Source: Setoptus koraiensis (Eukaryota > Animalia > Arthropoda). From it: a stretch of DNA of 64,000 nt. Of this stretch, positions 47,645 through 61,252 are shown piece after piece. The stretch is taken from NCBI GenBank assembly GCA_048013815.1, contig CM106586.1:10912001-10976000 (forward strand). Direction: 5' to 3'. A program made the position numbers and the translations under genes. The notes under the pieces are model-generated. The model saw nothing but the letters and a program-made list of their open reading frames with translations, had not been told where the DNA came from and searched no databases. Within the stretch, counting starts at the first letter, position 1; each line of letters starts with the position of its first letter.

Positions 47645-48771
47645 GAATTGACATTGCCATAACACCTCCTGACTGATAAACCGAATGTGGATGTGATGAT
47701 GATGGGAGACAACTTCGAAACAGTGAACATTATAGGAACAAAAAACAGCACTTTTAAACTATCATCCAATGCCGAAATCTAGCATGATGATGATATACAA
47801 GATATTACTTATACTCCAAGAACTACCGAAAGTGACTCATTAATTCTTTAATTAGCATGATTGCGATTAAACGTCATTGTCGATTTGGTACAATTAGTGA
47901 TTTTATTTTTAATACAAGAGGCCTAATCGGTACTATACATGACTCACATTTAATTGTTCTAGTTTACAAAATAGTTCAGTAAAATAAAAATATAATCAAT
48001 TTCATACGATTGATATTCTTGATAGGTAACGAGTGCAATATGTGGGCAGTATATTTTACTGATGCGACTAACGAACATTTTGTTGCTTACTTTTTTTCTA
48101 AAATAAAATCCCTGGTTGACTAACAGTAAAATTTGTGTAGCTGTCAGCGATTTCCGGTAGCATCGTGATGTTTTCTAGTCAAGGCGTACGTTCCAACCCA
48201 TTCTTCTCAATTTTTTTCTTCTAAACACACATTCTAATTCAAATGAAGTACATGAACATATTATATTAGTAATTATATTTTCTCACTATGTAGATAAACT
48301 TGAAATTTCGATCCCGAAATTCATTTCTTCTCGTCTTGTTGATCACGAACATACACACATCTGAGTGTACAGCAGTCTTTGTTTGAGCATTGGCACAAGA
48401 GAGTAACAACAATAGTAAAGTCACCAGAATATTAGATGGCAGTGTGATTTTATTATCTTTCCTATCTCATAATATCACAAAATGACACATGATCATATTT
48501 ACAACAATTGGAATAGATATGGTGGCCTTCTGGGAATGGCTATTGCATGAACTCATGACAAGCCATCACCTAACTCGATAATCTTCATCAACCACCAGAA
48601 ATCTTATTACAAAATCATTCCATCGTGATAATAACAAAAAATAGTAAAGGTAGTGAAAGTTTCCATGGTTTCATGAGTATAGTAACAATATTAGGAGCAT
48701 ATTTAGTAGTTTTAGTGGCAGCACTAAAAACTGTAAGTTGCATGAGACACCGATGGACTACGATCAGTTTT

Positions 48772-51700
48772 TCAAAGGTTTTCCCACTCTCCGACGTATA
48801 ATTCACGCTGATGATGACTATGGTGATTGGCACTACTTGTAGGTGGTCCCATAAAAGATCCTTGATGTTCAATTGTGTTTGGGCCATGACCGCCAATTTG
48901 ATCATAGATGTCCAAACCATCGCTACTATTGGTGTAGGAAGGGTCAGAATCTAAATTATAAAGGGACGAATGTTGAATGAGTAAATTCCAGTTTAGATAA
49001 TCATGAGTCGTCGTAAGTTAACTACACAATGGAAATTAATCAAGCAATTTCATCTTTCATATGAAAATTGAACCATGCAAAGCATTGAGAGAGAATTCGC
49101 TATCAGCTAAGACACTCACCGTTCGAAGAATCATAGGTTCGATAAATTCCATCTACATTTGTCCTCTTATTTGTGTTATTTGCAATCATCTGATGTTGCA
49201 GCTTCGAGTTGCTATGCATAATCGCAGCTTGTTGCTTCGAAGGCGTTTGCACAACACAATTGCCGTATTGTTGCAATTGTTGCTTTTGTTGTTGTTTCAA
49301 GAGTGTTGACAGTTGCTGTTTATTGTTACGATTATTGTTGGCCGGTGTTGGCTTTGTATTATAAAATATTGGTGAAGTGACATGATTTCTGAATAGTGAA
49401 TTTAGGTAACCGCTTGAATTATGCTTTCTCATCTGAGGATGCCAATCAGCGTAATCGCTACTAGAACTGCTCGAATTGTTGCCATAAATACCAGATGAGG
49501 AACGACCAATATCATAGTTGACATTGGACATTGTTGTTGTGTTTAGTTGTTTATTATTCATAACGGTATTGATACCATTAATAGCATAATTGGATCGACG
49601 ATTATAGTCACGCGAACTAGTGTGATCGATGTTGTAACCTCCAACGCTGTACGGATTCTCATATTCATAACCAATATTTGATCTGCCGTCATTTTCAGGT
49701 GTCGGGTAGTAACGTTGCATTGAGGCCGACCTATACCTTGCTGAAGATGAATTGTTTCTATTACTTGAGGCAGGGGAATTTTGATTGGCAATACCTTTTT
49801 CATTTGTGTTGCTTGACGTTAATCTTGTGGGTCTACTATTATTACTAGCTAAGTTAGATCTTTGTTCCTTAGATCCACTCGGATCCCTTCTATCAGGTGA
49901 GTATGATCGGTGCTGCTGTTGCGATTTACGTGAGTAGTGGCGAGTACTAATATTTTGTGGGACTCTAGCTTGCAAACCTGAGTAGTAAAGATCTTCTGCT
50001 CCGAAAACAGGAAACGATAGGGGTGAAAAGAATGCGATTGATTAGGTGAAAAAATAATTATTGACAATAAGAAGAGTTGTCATGCTTAGTTAGGTGGTGT
50101 TGAAAGAGGACATAGACTCTTCTCTCTGAGTCAAAGAAATCCATCAAGTATAATGCAACCGACTTGTCTGACACAGATGACATGGTTCTGTTAGATTGGA
50201 GAGCAAATTATGTAAAGAGAGTGACTTACCCTTGGCTAATGATTTCTGTTTGTTATAGATTTGTTGCATGCATGATTTTGGCATCTGAAAATTAGAATCG
50301 ACAGAATATATATTCTCATCAGTTTCGTAATCAGGCGTCGGTATATCTAGATCATTAATGATTCCTACATTTCCGGAGCTCATAATGGCGACCTCGTCCT
50401 CATCCAAACCATCAACTACACTGTCTACATCGTCGGCATCATTCTCACGACAATTTGAATTATCTACGTCCTCCTCCACATTAGCGTAACTATCTTCGTC
50501 AGAGTTATTCGTGGTATTGTTACTTTTTGTTTTGTTTGAGGAGCTCTTCTGTGGCTTTAGACCATCACTAATCTTTTTGCTTTTACTTGATTTCTTCGCA
50601 TTCTTTTTGCCGGCTTTGTCGTTACTGACTGTGTTAACACTGGTCGCATCTGTTGCTTTGGGTCTTCCGCTTTGATTACCTACTAATTGATCACCCGATG
50701 CGCCGCTTGTTGTTGCCAAAGACGGACTGGACTTGCTGTTAGTCAGATCAGTCAATGGCAACTGCAAAGTATCTAAGAATCTATTCCTTCTTGTCTTTCT
50801 ATTCTTTTGTTGTTGACTAGCATCACCATCATCTTTGTTATTGTTGCTGTCGTTATTGTTGAACTTTTTGCTATTACCGTCAATACCGTTCCGTTGTGAA
50901 TTATCAGTTGCATAATTAGATACGTTTGTAGTTGATTTGGAGTGACTTTTCATAGCATGTGCGCGTGGGGGTAGCTTTGGTGGCACAATATTATTACTGC
51001 GATTTAGTGCATTAGTTGAATATTGATGATGTTGTGGCATCAATGATGCCGCAATAGAAGCTGAGCCATAAATATTATTGTTGCTACCGCTGCGATTTCC
51101 ACTCATACTAGGTTGCCCGTGGCCAACTGCTCTAGAGAGATGATGATTATATTGATTGTTGGTCGAGGATGAAGATCTGCCATTGTATTGATTAGATTGA
51201 TGGTGAACCCTATTAGACTGACTGCTATTAATTGTGGACATATTCCTAGTTGATGTGGTTCCATAATTGTTAGTTGATGATTTGCTGTCTGTAGAGGCAT
51301 TCGCTGGTATAGAGTAGGGATCTTCCTCTTTGTTGTTCTTTGAGAACTTGTGACCATTTGGTCCTTGTTTATGATCGAAAATCGATATAAAATTAGGCTG
51401 TGTCAAATGGTGTCCATTCGACATAATGTTGTCAAGATTGGCCGATGTATTGAAGCGCGACTCAAGCATCTCAATGGCTACAATGTTGATTACCATAATC
51501 CAACAAGGCAAATTGAGTATATCATTGGCGTCCGCCACGAGACTAATAATAGAGAAGCATTGTTGTTCCAATTTCTTTTTGTCAGGATAATGTCTACTCA
51601 ACTCGTGTGCGATATTAGCTTGGAACTTTTTCATGTCAAACAATAGATATGTTTTGTTATATTCAATTTTGCCATTAAGTTTTAAAATTTCATCAGAGAT

Positions 51701-52225
51701 GGCATGATCATTGTAATCGGCAGCGCTTGAGTGTGCCAACGATGGTGATAAGGTGTTGGCTGACATTTGGCCAGCATTATTATCATTTGTCTTACTATTG
51801 ATTTTGCCTGGTGGTATGTTAAGCTTACTACTGCCACCATTACTGCTGCCTGAACCACTTGATTGTTGTTGGTCAATAATGCTACCATTATGATTGTGTA
51901 ATTGATGTTGCCAACTTTTAACAAAGGCGTTTGATTTGCTGAATCTCATCACAATTATGTTGCCACTTTCATCCATGCGTATTCTAATGCCCTTGCCTAT
52001 TCTAGTTTTACATTCCTCTGTTATAGGATCCCTTTCGGGATTCTCAAAACTATTCAGTCCCAAACGGAATCCATCGAAGCTAAACTCGTAGGAGCCATCG
52101 ATGGATAGAACAGGCGTTCTAGCGTAGGCTTTGCCAATTCGCCTGTTGCGTTCCATAATGATAAGCTTGCACCAGATATCGTCGTCCAAGAAATTCCATT
52201 TGTTGTAGATTTCTGACAAGTGGTC
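48772..52225 (-). CDS. exp: Expansion/rebuf-family atypical MH2 protein; exons 52225-50230, 49995-49120, 48950-48772; 5' exon(s) not located
   Basis: DHLSEIYNKWNFLDDDIWCKLIIMERNRRIGKAYARTPVLSIDGS...GFRLGLNSFENP.RD...IGKGIRIRMDESGNI, second conserved block EDLYYSGLQARVP, C-terminal YVGEW. Phase-compatible GT-AG sites. Confidence 0.82.
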
Positions 52226-52871
52226 CTGTATGTCGGAGTAAATATAAACGAGATAAAGGAGATATAAATAGAAATAGAGGGCGTTGATTAATAATAGCCA
52301 AGTACATAATGCATATAATGTTACCGATAGAACGGGTCAGAAATAATAATGAAACAGTATCATACAACTTGTGCAGACATAATCAATTTTGGCCCAACAT
52401 TGATCATGCCCACAGTATTGTTTTCCACTGCACTGGGGCTAGCTGCTAAATGTTCACGATGAACGACTGTATATGTTGGATGCATCATGCACCAGCGGCA
52501 CGATCTGTCCAGTGTACAGTTGAGCACAGCTTAATTGAGTGTAATGCCACCCATATCATGTGGTATGTGGGCCGCATACCAGACGCAACCTATATCGACA
52601 CCACTTAGGTGCTTTGCGCAGGCTCGTGCCGCCATCTTGTTCGAATTGGTTAATTGGACGTGTTTGTGTAGCATTGTGTGCGAGGACGAATTGGAGCCAC
52701 TGAAAGTATGCCAACCGAGCAGACGCACGCTGTCTGGGCGCAACAAAAAGTTCGCTGAGACAAGCGAAGTGAGAGCTGTATCAGAATACCCACTGGGCCG
52801 CTGTACGAGGGCGCCATGGGCAGGGCTGGTTAGGCGCAATTAAAACCAACTGGGTACTGGTGGGTATCACG

Positions 52872-52927
52872 GGCGTGATCCAGTGCGGTGGTTGGCGTGA
52901 TCCAATCTGGCGGTTGGCGTAATCCAA
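52872..52927. repeat. 22-bp-period repeat, 3 copies of GGCGT(G/A)ATCCA
   Basis: Motif at 52872, 52894 and 52916. Confidence 0.75.
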
Positions 52928-55900
52928 TAATCAATTACGACTGGTCGACCGAAAATTAATAAAAACAACAACAATATTAACGGCAATAATAATCGCCATC
53001 ATCATCAAGCGTCATAATCCAGTTAAAATGACGAAGGCAAAAAAGCAGGCACACCAACACACAAAGTGATAATAAAATCAAAATAAAAAAGAAAAAATGG
53101 AGTAGCGAGGAATAAAATGAGGGCCATGTCCAGTCGCTTGCCCACAGCAATAACAATAACACGAATGGTCTTGTTTGAAGGATAAGGGATAACAGCAAAA
53201 ACGCTAAGAAAGAGAAAGTAGCACCATGGCACAATGCAACAACAATATGGTGTTGAATTATCACAACTTCTTATAACTAATACGATCACACAAGCATCCG
53301 TGACAGCAACAGCAACGAGATAAGCAACAGCCAGCAACAATAACAAGAGGGAACGCTTCTTGCTTTTGTTTACGTCACCACCGTTGTTGTTGTCCACCCG
53401 CCAGACAGGTAGCCTGCCGCCGGCTGAACGGCCAGCAATATGGTTAGCCTGTCTAGCGGCCAGCTGAATCACAACGGCCGCTTCAGCTATCAGTCCAACT
53501 ACAAACGATAGGTCATGGTGTTGTGATAATGGTATTGTTGTTGTTGGCGTTGCTATTGGTGATGGTAGTGGCGATGGTGGTGGCGACGAGCGAATTGTTA
53601 TATAAAAACTACTTAACAACAAAATAGAATTTAATGGACCACTCCATTTCGGATAACACTAGTTGGTCAAACTAATGGACCAAACAAGATATAGTCGGGC
53701 ATAAAAGGCGCGCTCATGCCTGGCACACACTGTGGTAGAGGTGGCCAAGTGACCAATGCACAATACTCTGGTAGTGATATGATTTTTCTTGTCCATCGCC
53801 GTCAACAGCAGCGGCAATCATTCGCAAAAACAACAGCAGCAACGTTCGAAAAGGAGTTTGTAATTAAGACAATACACATGCACTTCATTAAACTATCAAT
53901 GAGCTGACAAAAGATGAAATGGATTTGTGTGAGCAACAAAACTCTCAACACAATTCCTTTTTATCCCGCTGTCCGATGTCCAGCGTCTTTGGCCAACGTC
54001 TCCTGGACTTATGTTTTTTTCATTTCTTCTTCATACACATCACATCTAGCAGCACATCAAATCAAATCACACTTTTCCCGCTTCTGCCAAGTCTAGTGAG
54101 CAAGTAGCGATTGTACCACCACTACTAGACAGTTGCGAGCGTGGGAAGGAGACACAGTTCAGTCGGATTCTCTCATCACATTTGATCAAATCTCAAGCTT
54201 TCAATCTTTTTACAGTCAACTACTAACTAGTTACAGTGGGGAGGACTATTAAATATATGAGATATGAACAGGCGACGACAACAAGATGACGAAACATGAT
54301 GATGTGTTGTAAAGAAGGGATCACTTTTAAGAAGGGGGTGCTGCCAATACTTAATGGCCGATAGCTCAAGCTGCAAGCCGATATTAACTGGAACAAGCAA
54401 CAGGTTAAACAAGGTAGAAAAGAAGAAAAAAGTACAAGTTTCTCTGCTTAGGATCGTTATAGTGGAATAGCTGATGAATATCATAACTCTATAGTTCGCT
54501 ATTCATTTCACTCATACATACGCATACGCATACGCACACACTCACACACACATATATATACATGATAAAGAGAAAATAGCTAAACCTACGGACAATTCAT
54601 TTTGAATCATCATCATCTGCTTATGCAGATATGGGCATGTAACTTTTCATCATGAGGGCTATCACCATCATTGGTGCACGCTTGACTGACCAGAGCAATT
54701 GGCAGAGTTGGCAAAACAGCGTTACCTGATGGTAAATGGACATCAACAGCAACTATAACTACAACACCTGATAGATATGCATATATTTCTTGCTCTTCCT
54801 GTTGTTGTTGTTGTTATGCTGTGTTGTGTTATGTCCTGACTGTTCACTACCAGCACCATTTGTCGATTTATGGTCGGCTACATGTGTATACTAGCACCGC
54901 GTAAAGAAGTAAGAGTGAGTATGAGCCAAGGGGAAATTTGTTAAATTGTGTGCAAGCCAGCATATGCGTTTGTTTAATCTAGCTCTCTTCTTATAACGCT
55001 TATATAATAATTGTGTTGTCAGTATGTCGAAGAAAGGCGAAATCACCCAAGTTTGATCTAGATGATGGCCATATCATTACTCATTTCATCTCCATTTCAC
55101 CGTTACATGGAAGATGATTATCTCTACCGGTCAAGCCATCAACAGCAGTCTGCAAGCCCATTGGAGTTTAACTGTGTTCAGTGTGCAACTAGGAAAAAGA
55201 AAATAATTAGCACAGTCAACAATAAAGTTCACGTTGATCTTGGCAAGGCCAATTGAAGTCCGTCTGTGATCATGATAATGGTGATAAGGTGGTAGGCACA
55301 CCGGGGTATGAGCAAAGCAGCAGACAATGAATGTGTCGACTCGTCCGGACCATAGGTTTTGTTGATGGTGACACCACACAGGTATGGTGCCAGCTACAAT
55401 TACCATTTGGACATGGGACTAGCCAGAACGACAGCAAACAAATAAGGAAGGATGTGCCTGTTTCGTTTCAACTCTGTTAGATTCGATCTTGCTCGGTAGA
55501 ATATGATTATACCAGGTGTTTTCAAATTGGACTCATGATTAGAAATATGCGCTTGATTAATCTGCTGATAAATCATCAATATTTGTTGCTGATTTATTTC
55601 AATCGTTTTTATAACTAGTTGCACCATCTAAACTCAAGTACACACAAACACAATTATAATAGAGCCGAGAATAGCAGCTTAATGAGCATTCGCATCGATT
55701 TAGAGCGCCCAAATTGTTAATGAACGAAGATGTGGCCTAGGCTAATAGTATCAAGTAACAACGATGATGATTTATTGCCTCAGTTCAAATAGATTTGATT
55801 TGTTGTTGGCTATTGTTGTTAATCATTAGCTAGACTATGCTGTATTGCAAGTAATCTGACACAACAACAATAATAATAGTCATCATCAATTTGAATCATG

Positions 55901-58297
55901 CCAGCTAGAAGCCTACTTAATGCAAATGGCCATTATTGCGTCACTCAGCGCCCAGGGGCTATATACTTGATGGAAGTGAGTTTTTGTTGTTTATATCTAG
56001 CTGTTGTTGTTGCTTTGTTGCTATCTGCAGAACATTCGATCATGTGGGAGTCATTCAAGACACATTGAAAGAAGCAGCAAGAGAAGAGGAGATGATCATC
56101 ATTATCGGAATCATTCAGGCGAGATAAAGACAGTGAGGGATTCTCACTGGGAATTCAATACAAATGAACAACAGTAACAACAAAAAATCACACACAATCA
56201 CTGGTTATTTTCTCTTCTCTATGTTTAATGCACCCGAGGCTCCCTAGTGTAACGATTGACCGCCAGGAGTCGCCTGGTTAAACCACATTGGAGTGTCAGA
56301 CATTACCCGGAACCATCACCACTCGACGTCAAATGGCCGTATAGTCGTGTAGTCGTATGATCGTATAGTATGGAAGAACCAATTTCATTATAGCCAAGTA
56401 GAACTGACTAGGAAATTCATTCAATCTGTGCCCAATCAACTAAATTAAGTTTGTCAAGCGATGACATTTGGTGGCGATTGTGGTGGCTGATTGTCAAAAT
56501 TAATTAATTCAAGTCACATTACATTACTATGACAAAGACCGAACGGGACAAACATACATGAGCCGAGAGTAGCTAGTTGAGCCCTCATCTAAGAACTCAT
56601 TTGAACTTGGACTCGTTGGGCTGTCTCTTTTGCGAGCGCAATAGGCATAAAAAAGAATTGACAGAAAGCGAGAGAGAAATCAAGAGGATCGTGAAGATGA
56701 TCCTACGAGGTGAGAATTTTAGCCTTGAAGTCACTGGGTGGCTTCTTTTTTTTTCGTTCTTCAAATGATAAAAACAGAGAGCGAGCCGGTAGAGACAATT
56801 GAAAAATACGCCAATTAGATACAGACGGGCAGACAGACAGACGTAGCGAGCGAAACCGTGGGAATGGCTTACAGAGAGATGGCTTTGTCTCTCATTGTAT
56901 CATCTCCAACTCTTTTTCCATGGCTAGGCCCAGCCAAGACACATTGACACTATCAATTGTTGTTGTTGCGAGCAAAGCCGTTATTTGTGTTCACCGTTTG
57001 ACCGTGATGACGGTGGTGGGCGAGAGCATTGTTTTGTCGCTGTCTTGGGCATTGTCTTACTAATGAATACTAGTAGCCTATTATAATAATTTGCTTTGTT
57101 GTTGGTGGTGGTGTTGTTAGCTCATGTTAGCTATCATCCATCAGCCGGGTATCATTTCGAGATCAATGAACAACAACAACAACAGCAACGAAGACGAAGA
57201 AGACGAAAAAAAAGAAAATTTTTCTTCTTTCAGTCACTTTCGTAACTCACCTTTCTCTCTGTCGACTTTTGTACGACTATTGATATCGAATGAATTCACG
57301 AACACAACAACAGGCCGGGCCAGAAAAGTAAAAGCGAAAGCAAAACAAACAACTGCTATAATAATAATCAAGTTCAAACGCTTGCGCGATGACAGACAAC
57401 GATATTAGTGGTGGGCACACTCAGGTGTACTATAAGTGGCCGTCGTATTTAAATCCAAATGGAAAACAAAACAGCTTACACAACAGGCGAACCGAAAGCT
57501 AAATCCGATCTACATATTTAGATCATCATTTCGTTTGCTGGCAACTGGCTCAACGGCTGGAAGACTGTAGCGGCTCGCTCACAATATCTGGCGACGATAT
57601 AACAACATGACGAGATGAGACCAGAACAACAGATAAGACAAACGCGCTGGCTAGATTACAGAGACAACGAGGCAGAGTTAACTGAACTAGCTAGCGAGCT
57701 GCTAAGACATTAACTGGCCAGTCAATGGCCTAAGTGTCTATGATTTATGATTGGCCGCTCGCTGGCTGGCTGGCTGGCTAGCTTGATACATGGACGCATG
57801 CACTTGACATTCGTGGCCAACAACAGCAACAACAACAGCGACTGGCTGATGATCATATTGTTAGCTCTTTTTGTCGTCGTCGTTGATAATCAACGTAAGA
57901 CGCACAGTTACATTGAGTCAATAGTCGGCTCACATGTACACCAAAAAGTGAGGCCAATCCCGGCGGTGGCGATAATTTGGTCTTGCCAACTGGTGAGAGG
58001 ACACGAGCTGGATTGCGATAGCTCGATAACTTTCTCTTTGCAGTGTCCACTGTTGAGTCTGTTTCTCGATCTCTGTTTGCAGTCAGTCAGCCATTTAGCT
58101 GCTAGAAATACTAGTTAGTGGTGGCGAGAAGTGAAAGGTGCGAGAGATAATTTTTGTTGGACACGCAAACCATTTAACTTGATGTGTACACAGGCTCAGA
58201 CTCATTCGTTTTAATGTAATCATGCCATTGTTAGTTTTTTAAAGTTGTTACCTAACTGTACACCACTGGCTCTGTCATGCAAGACACAACAGCAACT

Positions 58298-58401
<104 letters not shown>

Positions 58402-58643
58402 CAGCAATAGCGATATGCAAATGCACGCCATCTGTCAATTGGTGCCCGTCGGCCAGGAGGCGCCACCAGCCGGCAACGAATGACAGCTCGCTGAACAGGT
58501 TGCTCTGGTGAGACCGCTGTGACCACTGTCGTCGTTGGAGCCGGCGTTGTTGTAGCTGGCGTCGATTCTCATGGAATTCAATTCAATTGGAATTGCCGTT
58601 GTTGTCTTTTTGTTGTTATTGGCAATAATGTGTAACAAGCGAC

Positions 58644-58679
<36 letters not shown>

Positions 58680-59384
58680 GAACGTGCGTAACGAAATTAT
58701 TCTTATTATTATTATTGTTGTGATTGTGATTATTGTGATTATTGCAATTGTGATTATGTGACTGCGCGATTTAGATCACACAACAACAACAACAACAACA
58801 GCAACAACAACAGCAGCAACAACAACAACAGCGACGGCAACAACGGCAACCAGCACCATGCAAACAACGGCACACTCAATGCGCAGCGCAACACAATGCA
58901 AACTCAAACAACGAGTGCTCTTGTTCTCGCTCTTATCTGGCCAGCTATCTCTAATTAATTATCCACACCCATGAGTGCCCATGAGCGCGCACTTGCAAAC
59001 TGGACCAGAGTGCATGATCTCGTTATAACTTATAAGTATTTGTTGTTGTTGTTTGGTTGCTTGATTTGATTCGATTTGATTAAACTTGAGCAGCGCGTTG
59101 TTTGTCGGCCAAACAAGCTTCTCGAGACTCGAGAGGCTGACCACTGAGTTGGTCAATCAGTCAATGAACCTGTCAATCAACTAGCGGCCACTAGTGCACG
59201 ATGGCGGCCACTTGAGCTGGCCAGCGCGCACATATCACACGAACGGTTGAATTGATTCGCGAGTCGCCGCCATTGGCTACGGTGGCCGCCAATATAACAT
59301 ATTTGTTGTTTGTGTGTTTGGCCGGCGTGTCTCGCTGATTGTTTGTTGGTTGGTTGGTTGTAAGTCGCGCGTACAACAACAACA

Positions 59385-59415
<31 letters not shown>

Positions 59416-59961
59416 GTCACCATTTGGCACCCTCTCGCTGGGGCAACAGCGAGCGCCAGCGACAGCTTACGTAACAATGCAATCGATGGAGTAATTAAAC
59501 TTGGCCGGCTGTGCCGATTCGAGGCTCAACTAAACAGCCAACTGTCAGCGTAACAGCAACGCAGTTACGCAAGCAAACGATGCGCGCCTAGATGGTGATA
59601 CAGCGATAAGTGAATGGGCTCGGCGACGCCTGATGGCGCCAAGCGCCAGTCAGCAACAGTGCGCGATAGATAAAATCTAAAACAACTTGCACTTGCCACA
59701 TGACCATTAAGCGGCCGACTTTGGCAAGCGAGACCTTGAATCATCAATCAGCTCGAGTAAACACACACACGCACACGGTGAGCAGCTCGTGCTGGCGGCT
59801 CACAATTAACAGTGTGTGTGTGTGTAGGTTCACCTGTTGTGATCCAATTGTTGTCGGGCTGGCTGCCAGCGGTCGCTAATGGTGGCTGCGTCTGTTGCCG
59901 TTGTTGTCTCTGTTGTTTTATCTCTGTCGCTGTTTCTGTTTCTGTTGTTGCCGTTGTCGCT

Positions 59962-60033
59962 GTTGTTGTCGGTGTTGCCGTTGTTGTCGGTGTTGCCGTT
60001 TCTGTCGGTGTTGCCGTTTCTGTCGGTGTTGCC
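59962..60033. repeat. 4 x 18-bp minisatellite GTT(GT/TC)TGTCGGTGTTGCC
   Basis: Two copies of each of two variants. A related 15-bp GTCGGTGTTGTTGTT repeat lies at ~60989-61030. Confidence 0.85.
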
Positions 60034-61223
60034 GTTGTCGCTGTTGAGCGAGCGTTGGCTGGAGGCGCGACGAGCACGCGCTGTCCGCGCTCGTTGACGT
60101 CTGGCCGAGCGTAGGCGACCAGGCCCAGCTCGCACAGTCTGCCCACTAATTTAAATATTTAACAACAACTTGTTGCGCACTGAGTCGCGCTGAGTCAATG
60201 GCACTGACCGGCACACCGGCCGGCCAGTTGGCCATTTTTTCATTATTGCCCTGCTCAATCATTATTGCCGAGCGTCCGGTCAAGGCGCTAATTGTGGCCG
60301 CCTGTGTGTGTGTGTGTGTGTGCGCAGTTTGTTGTTTGGTCGTCACAGCAGCGGCTCGTGACAACGCACCCAATGGTCGTCACGTCAATCATTGTTGTGT
60401 CGTCGCAACGCGACAAACTCTGCCCAACTGGTCGTGCGATCGTCCGAGTTTGCCGTCGAGTGGTCAACGGCCGTCAGCCGACAGGCATCGGTCGCACGGA
60501 GCGAAAGTGAAAATCTCTCACAAATTTCAAGATTATCCAGCCGTCGGGCCGAGCTTGCCAGCTCGCCGGCTCGCCAGCTCGCAGGGGATAATCTTGCAAA
60601 GTTGCGCTTCTTTGGCCAGCCAATGCCAGCCAAGTAAAGTGAGACTCGCTGTGTGGATATGGCACAGCAGCGACACAACGACGACACACGACAATCACTC
60701 ACAGCAACAGCCACAGCCACAGCCAAGCGACGGGCACAACAAACTCAATTAGCGACGGCCAATTGGCTTCGCCCGATCAGCTGATAGTTGTCATAATAAT
60801 GGTCGGACAGTAATGACAGCGGCGGGGCCATTTTTTACTCTCGATTGTCTTGGCTGTTGGCGCCGCTCGGCCATGTTTTATCGCCTTCATGCCTTCGCGC
60901 AACACAATGCCTCTCCCATTGGTCGCGCCAGCTCGAGCGGTCGTCGTTGTCGTTGCTGTTGTTGTCGTTGCTGTTGTTGCTGCTGCCGTGTCGGTGTTGT
61001 TGTTGTCGGTGTTGTTGTTGTCGGTGTTGTTGTTGTTGTTGCTGTTGGCGTCGGTGCCGGGCTGGCGTAATGCCGGCATGTCCCGAAATAAGCCGGCAAC
61101 GGTGGATGTGCGGCTGTTGTTGAGTTTATGGTTGCAGTTGGTCAATCTAAGGCACGACGCCGCTCTACTCGCTCAACAAATAAATTGCAAGACTAAACTC
61201 TCGCTCTTTTTGCCCCTCTCTCC

Positions 61224-61252
61224 CTCTGGACTCCAGAGACTGGAGTCCAGAG
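61224..61252. repeat. Perfect 13-bp inverted repeat with 3-nt loop
   Basis: CTCTGGACTCCAG-AGA-CTGGAGTCCAGAG. Confidence 0.7.

Noticed and set aside
1007-51924. Numerous short ORFs antisense to or out of frame within real genes (e.g. 2835-3378, 14746-15297, 20029-20535, 44905-45417)
   Set aside because: Shadow ORFs of the coding strand with no independent motifs.
57124-57408. IISRS...EDEEDEKK peptide resembling the expansion N-terminus
   Set aside because: It is on the wrong strand for expansion and is low complexity.
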